A stretch of 64,000 nucleotides of DNA. It comes from an uncultured Gemmatimonadales bacterium (lineage in GTDB: Bacteria > Gemmatimonadota > Gemmatimonadetes > Gemmatimonadales > Gemmatimonadaceae). This document shows, piece by piece, positions 47,349 through 54,938 of this stretch (positions are counted from its first letter, which is position 1; every line of letters begins with the position of its first letter). A program made the position numbers and the translations under genes. The notes beneath the pieces were generated by a model, which made no database searches, had not been told where the DNA came from, and worked only from the letters and a program-made list of their open reading frames with translations. The stretch is from contig OY969695.1 in the NCBI GenBank assembly GCA_963701965.1, positions 1,920,001-1,984,000 on the forward strand, written 5' to 3'.

Positions 47349-50342
47349 ATGCTGCGCATGAGCCCAACAATCGTACGCGCACTTTCCATCGCAGGACTCG
47401 CGATCACGGCATCGCGATCACTCGGCGCGCAGGAGGTCGCGCGCCTCACGGGCCGAGTCGTGGATGCCGCGGACAAGATCCCGATATCGGGCGCCGCCAT
47501 CACCGTCACCGGCACGACCATCGGCGCCCTCGCCACCGACAGTGGCACATTCTCCCTCCGCCTGCCCACCGACGCCAAGACGCTCTCCGTCCGCCGGATC
47601 GGCTATCACCAGGCGACGATCCCCATCACACCCGGCGTCACCGACCTCACGATCGCCCTCGACCGCAATGTGCTCAAGCTGGAACAGCAGGTCATCACGG
47701 GCGTCGCCACAACCGTGTCGTCGAAGAACGCCGCCAACGACGTCGCCGTCGTCACCGCGTCCGCGGTCAACGAAGTTCCGGCCCCGACGATGGAAAACGC
47801 CATTCAAGGCAAGGTGGCCGGCGCCGTCATTCAAGCCAACAACGGCGGCGCCCCGGGCGGCGGCCTGCAGATCCAGGTCCGCGGGATCACCTCGATCAAC
47901 GGCAACGCCTCCCCGCTCTACGTCATCGACGGCGTCATCGTCAACAACGAGACGGTGAACAACGACGCCAACGCCATCAGCCAATCCGGCGGCGGCATAT
48001 CCACAACCGGCCAACCCACCGGCAACGCCCCCAGTCGCCAAGACAACGGCGTCAACCGGATCGCCGACATCAACCCCGAGGACATCGAGACGATCGAGGT
48101 ACTCAAGGGCGCGTCCGCATCCGCCATCTACGGCTCGCAAGCTTCGGCCGGCGTCGTGGTCATCACGACAAAGAAAGGGACACCAGGAAAGCCGAAGTGG
48201 AACCTCGACACCCAGGTCGGACACTTCGCGCTCGCCAACGAGCTCCCCGACCGGACATTCCCGACGTTGGCCAGCGCGCTGGCCTGGGGTCAGGAGTTCG
48301 GCAAGGATCCGACACTGATTCGTCAGGTCTACGCCGGCCCGCAAGACTATCAACGCCAACTCTTCGGCAACAACCAGGCGTCCTACTCGGCCAACCTCAG
48401 TGTGTCCGGGACCGTCGCCGGCGGCACGCAGTTCTACCTCGCCGGGAATTCCAAGTACGACAACGGCGTCGAGAACAACATCGGCTACACCAAGCAATCG
48501 ATCCGCGCCAACGTCACCCAGCCGGTCTCCTCGGCGATCTCGCTCTCGGCGAACCTGAGCTACATGCACGACCTGACCCGCCGCGGCATCACCGGCAACG
48601 ACAACATCGGCTTGAGCCCCTACAACGTCATCGCCAACACCCCACAGTTCGTGGCGCTCGACAAGCAAAATCCCGACGGCACCTGGCCGTCCAACCCGTT
48701 CGCGTCCGCCAACCCCTTCGCCGACGCCGCCGACATCGCCACACCCGAGGAAGTAAGCCGCTTCATCGGCGGCGGCGTATTCGACTGGACCGTGTTCCAG
48801 GCCGAGCACCAGTCCCTCAAGCTCACGATCAACGGCGGCGCCGATCTGACCAGCTTGCACGATCTGCTGTACGCCCCACCCGACCTGCAAGTCGAACTCG
48901 CGATCCCCACCGGGTTGCCCGGCACGTCGGTCTCCAACGTCGCCCAGACTAACTATTTCAACTACGCGATCAACCTCAATCACCACTACACGGGCCTCCA
49001 ATGGCTCGACGCCAACACCACGCTGGGATTCACGCGCGACCGGCGTGAAACCAACAACCCGGTGACCGTCGGCCAGAACCTGCTGCCCGGCGTCAACTCC
49101 CCGACCGTGGGCACGGTGCAGACGAACTTCTTCACCCGCACCGCCCAACTCGATCAGTCCCTGTACGCCCAGGAGCAGCTGCTCACGTTCGACTCGCACC
49201 TGAACCTGACCGCCGGCCTCACGGCCGAGCGCTCCACGAACGACGGGGACATCAAGACATTCTCCTTCTTCCCCCACTACTCGGCGTCCTACCGCACGCC
49301 GGCTTTCAGCGTCGTCAATGAGCTCAAGCTTCGCGTTGCCTACGGCCAGTCTGGCAACCTCGCCCCCTACGGCGCCAAGTACACGCCCTACAACCCCACG
49401 ATCGTCGGCGGCGGCAACGGCGTGTACGTGAACGCCCAACAAGGCGACCCCAACATCAAGCCCGAGTCCGAGACGGAGATCGAGACCGGCATCGACGCGA
49501 CGCTCTTTCATTCCCGCGCCCAGCTCACCGCGACGATCTACCAGAAGCGCCTGACCGACCTCTTGCTCCTGGCCAACGTCGCCCCGACGCTCGGCTACCA
49601 ATTCCAATTCTTCAACGGCGGCGAGCTGACCAACCAGGGACTCGAGCTCTCGCTCAATTCGACACCGATCCAGCTGCGCAACGGCTTCAACTGGCTCAAC
49701 TCGATCACGTTTTACCGGAACTACAGCGTGGTCAATGCACTGCCCACGCCATCAGGGCCGATTGGGTTCACGTTCGGATTCGGAGAGGGATTCTTGGCAC
49801 CCGGCCGATCGGTGTCCGAGGTCGTCGACGAGAGTCGCACCGGCCCCGGTGGCCTGCCGGTGCAAGTCGGCGATTTCCAACCCGGCTACCGGATCAACGT
49901 CGGCAACGAATTCGGTTGGAAAGGATTTCGACTCTACGGCCTGATCGAGTGGAGCCAGGGCGGCAGCACCATCGATCTGACCGACTTGTACTTCGACGGC
50001 GGACCCGGACTGTCGGGCGATCCCACCGCGTCGACCGCGCGCCTCAACTCGTTCCTCGGCGGCAACCCGACCGAATACGTGCAAGACGCGAGCTACTTCA
50101 AGGTCCGGCAAATCTCCCTGAGCTACGTGCTGCCGGCCAACATCGCCCGGTGGGCCCTGGGCGGCCGCATCAACAGCGCGCGCCTGACCCTCTCCGGCTA
50201 CAACATGTTCTCGGTTTTCAAATTCCCCGGCCTCGACCCGGAAGCCAGCGTCAACGGCAATCAGCAGATCACGCGGGGCCAAGACATCGCCCCGTACCCG
50301 CCCGCGAAGAGCTACTTCCTCGGCCTCAACCTGGGGTTCTGA
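47349..50342 (+). CDS. SusC/RagA family TonB-dependent receptor
   Basis: Signal peptide, CarboxypepD_reg-like domain, plug (PLYVIDGVI, DINPEDIETIEVLKGASASAIYGS), KPESETEIE, C-terminal GLNLGF. Confidence 0.93.
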   Translation: MLRMSPTIVRALSIAGLAITASRSLGAQEVARLTGRVVDAADKIPISGAAITVTGTTIGALATDSGTFSLRLPTDAKTLSVRRIGYHQATIPITPGVTDLTIALDRNVLKLEQQVITGVATTVSSKNAANDVAVVTASAVNEVPAPTMENAIQGKVAGAVIQANNGGAPGGGLQIQVRGITSINGNASPLYVIDGVIVNNETVNNDANAISQSGGGISTTGQPTGNAPSRQDNGVNRIADINPEDIETIEVLKGASASAIYGSQASAGVVVITTKKGTPGKPKWNLDTQVGHFALANELPDRTFPTLASALAWGQEFGKDPTLIRQVYAGPQDYQRQLFGNNQASYSANLSVSGTVAGGTQFYLAGNSKYDNGVENNIGYTKQSIRANVTQPVSSAISLSANLSYMHDLTRRGITGNDNIGLSPYNVIANTPQFVALDKQNPDGTWPSNPFASANPFADAADIATPEEVSRFIGGGVFDWTVFQAEHQSLKLTINGGADLTSLHDLLYAPPDLQVELAIPTGLPGTSVSNVAQTNYFNYAINLNHHYTGLQWLDANTTLGFTRDRRETNNPVTVGQNLLPGVNSPTVGTVQTNFFTRTAQLDQSLYAQEQLLTFDSHLNLTAGLTAERSTNDGDIKTFSFFPHYSASYRTPAFSVVNELKLRVAYGQSGNLAPYGAKYTPYNPTIVGGGNGVYVNAQQGDPNIKPESETEIETGIDATLFHSRAQLTATIYQKRLTDLLLLANVAPTLGYQFQFFNGGELTNQGLELSLNSTPIQLRNGFNWLNSITFYRNYSVVNALPTPSGPIGFTFGFGEGFLAPGRSVSEVVDESRTGPGGLPVQVGDFQPGYRINVGNEFGWKGFRLYGLIEWSQGGSTIDLTDLYFDGGPGLSGDPTASTARLNSFLGGNPTEYVQDASYFKVRQISLSYVLPANIARWALGGRINSARLTLSGYNMFSVFKFPGLDPEASVNGNQQITRGQDIAPYPPAKSYFLGLNLGF

Positions 50343-50343
50343 C

Positions 50344-51816
50344 ATGCAACCGTCTCACACCATCGTCATAGCCGCGCTGGTACTCGCGGCGTGCTCCGAC
50401 ACCAACGTGCCTTTCTACACGGCGCCGACCGTACTGCCCAACACTCCGGCCGGCGTGACGACGGCGCTGACGGGATTGGTCAGCGCGTCGCGCCTGGACC
50501 TGGGCGGCGCCCAGGGGTTGTTCATGTTCGACATGGCGGGCTACGCGCGCCAAGCCGCGAACTATACCAATACCGAGCCGCGTTTCATTACCTACATTCT
50601 GGGCCTGGCGCCGATTCCGCCGCAGGGCTGGCCGGCCGTATGGGCGCTCTCCTACGGCGAGATCCTCCAGTCGCACCAGATCATCGCCATGATCCCCAAC
50701 GCCAATCCAACCTTCACGCCGCAGCAGGCCGCGGCATTGACGGGCATCACGCAAACGCTGGAGGCCTACGACTACATCGTCGTGGCCGAGGACCACGATA
50801 CCTTGGGCGCGGCCGTGTTGCCGCAGAACCCCGGCACGACTCCTCCGCCGGCATACTGTATCAAGGACGTCTGGAAGTACATCGTGGCGCTCCTCGATTC
50901 GGCCAACGCCAATCTCAACATGGCCGGCGCCACGTCCCTCAAGTTCGCCCAGCTCCCGCCGGGGTTCGCCGCCGTCAGCGCCGTCGCCGGACCGAGCACC
51001 GTCGCCGGCTCGTTCGCGTCATTCAATCGCGCGCTGGCCGGACGCGCCGGACTGGAACTGGCCTACGCGATCGCCCGCAGCAGTCCCGCGACCACACCGT
51101 CGGAAACATCGCCGGGACAACCCGACATCGCGGCCCTGACCGCGGCCGACAGCGCCATGAGCCATTCGGCGTTGTTCGATCCGGCGGCGCTCGCCCCCAA
51201 TCCGACGGACGGCTGGAACGCCGACGCGCATTCCGTGTTCTTCGATTTCAGCGCGCAGTCGGGAGATCAGACGAACCCGATGAACGGCGTCATCGGCACG
51301 ATGGTCGTTCTCAAGAACGTGCCCGACGCGCAGGACACGATCAACGATCTGCGCTGGAAAGCGAAGTTCATCGTCAATCCGAATCAGGTCCAGCAACAGG
51401 CGTTCGACTCGGTCGTGTCACCGTACATCTATGACATGTATCCGAGCCCCGCGTCGTTCCTGCCCATCGTGCGCGACGAAGGCCTCACGCTGACGGAAGC
51501 GCAGATTCAGCTCGGGCTCGGCAACTTCGGCGCGGCCGCGACGCTCGTCAACAATGTCCGGACGCAGGTGGGCGGATTGGCGCCGGCCACGATTCCCAAC
51601 ACCTACGTCGGCACCCGCGACGCCCTGCTGCACGAACAGCAGATCTCCTCGTTCCTGGAGGCACTCGGCGACCGCACCGTCGCCATCCGGATGTACAAGC
51701 TGGAGAAAGCGCTGCTCACCACGTGGGGAGTCCAGGACCTGCACACCACGATCGATCCCATCCCCGGCACGGAGCTGGCCGGGCGGGGCGGGACATTCAC
51801 GAAAACCTGTCCCTAA
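50344..51816 (+). CDS. SusD/RagB family outer-membrane lipoprotein
   Basis: Lipobox LAAC; directly follows susC; LTEAQIQLG...VNNVR, LLHEQ...LEALGDR. Confidence 0.8.
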   Translation: MQPSHTIVIAALVLAACSDTNVPFYTAPTVLPNTPAGVTTALTGLVSASRLDLGGAQGLFMFDMAGYARQAANYTNTEPRFITYILGLAPIPPQGWPAVWALSYGEILQSHQIIAMIPNANPTFTPQQAAALTGITQTLEAYDYIVVAEDHDTLGAAVLPQNPGTTPPPAYCIKDVWKYIVALLDSANANLNMAGATSLKFAQLPPGFAAVSAVAGPSTVAGSFASFNRALAGRAGLELAYAIARSSPATTPSETSPGQPDIAALTAADSAMSHSALFDPAALAPNPTDGWNADAHSVFFDFSAQSGDQTNPMNGVIGTMVVLKNVPDAQDTINDLRWKAKFIVNPNQVQQQAFDSVVSPYIYDMYPSPASFLPIVRDEGLTLTEAQIQLGLGNFGAAATLVNNVRTQVGGLAPATIPNTYVGTRDALLHEQQISSFLEALGDRTVAIRMYKLEKALLTTWGVQDLHTTIDPIPGTELAGRGGTFTKTCP

Positions 51817-51817
51817 G

Positions 51818-52246
51818 TCAGGCGGGACGCAGGCGGCCGTCGACCCCCGCGCATCGCGCGCGGACGGCGGCCGTCAAGTCCTCGATGTCGAACGGCTTGA
51901 GCAGCACGGGACATCCGGTCGCCTCCAGCGTCGCGTAGGTGGCGATCGCAATGTCCCCCGTGATGAAAATCGTGCGCTCCCTGAGCCCGGGCTGCACGCT
52001 CTGCGCGTACTCGAACAAGAGATCGCCGCGTACGTCGGGGATGCGATAGTCGAGAATCAGGCAGTCGAAGCAATGGTCTCCCAGCAGCCGCTCCGCCGTC
52101 TCCCCACCCGGCGCGACGTCCACGACATACCCATCGCGCGTCAGCAACACGGCGAACGCCTGGCGGATCGACGGCTCGTCGTCCACCAAGAGAATGCGCA
52201 GGCCGCTGCCGCGGCGCCCGCCCGCCCTATCCCTGTCCGGCGGCAT
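51818..52246 (-). CDS. Single-domain response regulator (CheY-like)
   Basis: ILLVDDE, CLILDYRIP (phospho-Asp), IFITGD, LLKPF. Confidence 0.88.
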   Translation of the reverse strand: MPPDRDRAGGRRGSGLRILLVDDEPSIRQAFAVLLTRDGYVVDVAPGGETAERLLGDHCFDCLILDYRIPDVRGDLLFEYAQSVQPGLRERTIFITGDIAIATYATLEATGCPVLLKPFDIEDLTAAVRARCAGVDGRLRPA

Positions 52247-53036
52247 GGCGCAACAGGGTGAGCACCGGCAGCGCCGCCGGCGCGCGCCGGCCCACCACCA
52301 GTGTCGAGAGACACTCCGACACGCACTGGTCCGGCGTCACGACGCGACGCCACGCCGCGAAGCGGCGCCCGCTCATCAGGCGCACATGCGCCGCGAACAC
52401 ACGGGCGTCCCCGTAGCCGAGGCGCTGCGCGACATCCGCCATCGAGAGCGCCGGATTCTGCGCGTATTGATACGCGCGCAGGACGCGCGCCGCGACGACC
52501 ATGACGCGGGCCGGCGCCAAGCCCAGCCGCTCCAACCACCGGTTCACGCCGCGCCGCGGCATCTCGGCCGCCAAGGCGACGTCGCCGGCGCTCTGAAAGC
52601 GCATCGGTCGCCGGAACAGCTCCTCGACCGCCCCCGCCAAAGCCGCCGGCGCCTCACCCGCCATGAACACCACCCGCAGCGCGCACACGATCCGCTCCTC
52701 GAGCCCCGACGCGCGCAGCGTTTCCAACCGTTCCCGGAATCGCGTCGGCTCGTCGTCGAACCCCCGCAGGATGCAATGCCGCACGCCGCACTCGCCGAGC
52801 GACAACATCGCTCTGGTGGATTCGGCGGTGATGGACGTGTACACCAGCATGGAGACCAATGGAAAGCCGGCGCGGATCGCCCGGACGGCCTCGATGTCCG
52901 CGGGGCCGTCCACGCACGGATCCACGACCGTGATCTCCACCGGTCGCGCGCGGAGCACGCCGGCCAGCGCCGGCCAGCTCGTCGCCGCGAGCACGGTGTG
53001 TACATCACCGGCCACGGCGCGCAGGTGGGACAACAT
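52227..53036 (-). CDS. AraC-family HTH regulator with N-terminal receiver-like domain (start uncertain, may extend to ~53114)
   Basis: EITVVDP...MLVYTS REC-like alpha/beta domain; C-terminal double HTH (AGDVALAAEMPRRGVNRWL; SMADVAQRLGYGDARVFAAHV). Confidence 0.8.
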   Translation of the reverse strand: MLSHLRAVAGDVHTVLAATSWPALAGVLRARPVEITVVDPCVDGPADIEAVRAIRAGFPLVSMLVYTSITAESTRAMLSLGECGVRHCILRGFDDEPTRFRERLETLRASGLEERIVCALRVVFMAGEAPAALAGAVEELFRRPMRFQSAGDVALAAEMPRRGVNRWLERLGLAPARVMVVAARVLRAYQYAQNPALSMADVAQRLGYGDARVFAAHVRLMSGRRFAAWRRVVTPDQCVSECLSTLVVGRRAPAALPVLTLLRHAAGQG

Positions 53037-53183
53037 CAATGGCGACAAACGGGCGACCAGCTGGAGCGCCGGCGCCCGATTCCGCCGTCGAATGACCCGA
53101 TCGGCGATTGGCAGGCACGGCTCGGTAACCGAACGTTCTGCGAGGCGGCAATGGTCCGCCGTCTCCATGCCTTCGAGGTAACC

Positions 53184-53402
53184 ATGCTCGTTCGCCCCGC
53201 CCGCGGCGCCGCTCTCGTACTCGGCGCTACGATACTCGCCCTCGCGACTGCCTGCGCCAGCCCCATGGCGCCCCACGCCGCCAACAGCGGTATCGGCGCT
53301 GGCTCCAGCGGCCAATCGACGTCGGTCAGCTCCGGCATCGGCGCCGGCTCCAGCGGTCAGTCGGCGGCCCACTCCGGTATCGGCGCCGGCTCCAGCGGCT
53401 GA
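53184..53402 (+). CDS. 72-aa exported/lipoprotein precursor with three identical SGIGAGSSG repeats (candidate signalling peptide)
   Basis: RBS GAGGT, ATG; signal MLVRPARGAALVLGATILALATAC; repeats at 53286-53312, 53331-53357 and 53373-53399 that differ only at synonymous positions. Confidence 0.8.
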   Translation: MLVRPARGAALVLGATILALATACASPMAPHAANSGIGAGSSGQSTSVSSGIGAGSSGQSAAHSGIGAGSSG

Positions 53403-53422
53403 GCGCCCCTGCGGCGGCGCGG

Positions 53423-54745
53423 TCATCCGCTGACCGCGGCCATCAATCGGGCCCCGTGAATCGCCTCCGCTACCCGGCTCACGCCAGACGGCCGGGACGC
53501 CGCGGATATCGCGGGTAGCGCGGCGCGCGGCGCCAGATCGAGGCCGGAACGGAGCGCCGCGCGCGCCGCACCGGCGCGCTGTGCCAGTTCGGCCAGCCCG
53601 TGCCGTTCGGCGATGGCGACCGCCCGGTCGAATGCCGCCGCCGCGCGCACGGGCTGCCCGAACGTAATGTGGCCCTGCGCGACGTAGTACTCGAACTCGC
53701 CCGCCACCACCGGCGGCAGCGCCGCACCCGCCAGGGCTTTCCAATGGCGCCGGAAATCCAGCTCCGATCCCTCGATCGTCGCGATCTCAATGAGGTTGAC
53801 CGTCGCCACCCACCGCGTGTACGGCTCGTGCGCCGTGTCGGCGAGCAAGGCGTTCGCGTCGCGCGCGACATCGGGAAACCCGGCCAGCTGCAGCAACGAG
53901 GCCAACGTCACCAGCACGCGCTCGCGCTCCACCGCGTCGGCCGTGGAGACGAGCGCCTCGTAGCCATAGCCGATGCCCTGCTCATAGTCGCCGCGCTGCA
54001 GGGCCACGTTGGCCAGATCGTGCCAGGCGAACGCGCGCACTTCGCTGCAATCGGCGGCCGACGCGGCGGTCACGATCTCCAACAACTGCTCGTGCGCCTG
54101 CGGCAGATCGCCGAGACCCGCGCAGAGCTTGGCCTCGCCCAGTCGCGCCCGCAGCACGCCGCGCTGGTCGTTCCGCGACGCGGCCAACGACCCGGCCGCG
54201 TGAAACGCCTGCGCCGCCCTCGGCGCGTCGCCCAGCGTCCGATAGCAAATGCCCAGGTAGAGGGCCGCCGACGTCGCGACGTCGTCGTCGACCGGACCGA
54301 TGACCAGGTCGTCCACGTAGGCTTCCCACACCAGCGCGTAGACGTCGGCCGCCAATCCCCACGCCGAACGAACATGCAGCGCGCGGGCATATGCGAATAG
54401 CGGCGGGATGATGCGCGGGGATTCGCCCTCGCGTAGCGCGACGACACGCGCCACGATATTGCTCAGGAGACGCCGTTCGGCGCCCTCCAATGGCCACTCG
54501 GCGATCGCGTGGTGCACGGCATGGACTTCGTACTGGAACGCCCGCTCCTGCGCCCGCGCGTTGGCGAGCGACTCCGCGCCCCAGCGAACGGGTCGGGGAT
54601 GCCACGAGTCGAGTAGGCGAAGCGTGACGAGTCCCGCGCGCGCCGCTCTCCATCCATCGCTGGCCTCATCAGTAGACGCCAGCGCGTCGAAGAACGCGCT
54701 ATGCCGCAGGGACGTCTCAGTCTGAATCACTGGAACGACGGCCAT
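53423..54745 (-). CDS. Cytoplasmic TPR-like helical-repeat protein
   Basis: RBS GAGGT; Ala/Leu-rich helical repeats (ALYLGICYRTLGDAPRAAQAF, AWHDLANVALQRGDYEQGIGY, AAAAFDRAVAIAERHGL); no signal peptide. Confidence 0.8.
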   Translation of the reverse strand: MAVVPVIQTETSLRHSAFFDALASTDEASDGWRAARAGLVTLRLLDSWHPRPVRWGAESLANARAQERAFQYEVHAVHHAIAEWPLEGAERRLLSNIVARVVALREGESPRIIPPLFAYARALHVRSAWGLAADVYALVWEAYVDDLVIGPVDDDVATSAALYLGICYRTLGDAPRAAQAFHAAGSLAASRNDQRGVLRARLGEAKLCAGLGDLPQAHEQLLEIVTAASAADCSEVRAFAWHDLANVALQRGDYEQGIGYGYEALVSTADAVERERVLVTLASLLQLAGFPDVARDANALLADTAHEPYTRWVATVNLIEIATIEGSELDFRRHWKALAGAALPPVVAGEFEYYVAQGHITFGQPVRAAAAFDRAVAIAERHGLAELAQRAGAARAALRSGLDLAPRAALPAISAASRPSGVSRVAEAIHGARLMAAVSG

Positions 54746-54873
54746 GATGTACCTCGGTGCGCTACGATATGGTAAGGCGGGGCAACGCGCCATGCCGTGA
54801 CCCAGTCCACAGACTCGGGCACCGAATCCCACGCCCGGACACTACTGTAATAGGCGACTGAGTGATATATCGT

Positions 54874-54899
54874 TCAATACCAACGCGTTACGGTATTGA
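54874..54899. promoter_or_regulatory. Inverted repeat / candidate operator
   Basis: TCAATACC-N10-GGTATTGA with an inner AACGCGTT palindrome, in the AT-rich divergent intergenic region. Confidence 0.45.
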
Positions 54900-54938
54900 T
54901 AAGACTGGGTACGTCGGTTGCTCCCTGCGTAGGCAGCC

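Noticed and set aside
53286..53399. Three ~27-nt direct repeats as a mini-CRISPR array
   Set aside because: Spacers are only 15-18 nt, the repeats vary at codon-synonymous positions, and no cas genes are present.
53037..53744. Long N-terminal extension of the AraC ORF (505 aa) with AGAGADT repeats
   Set aside because: It is the antisense reading of the peptide gene plus an alternative frame of the TPR gene's 3' end; synonymous variation fits the + strand peptide frame.
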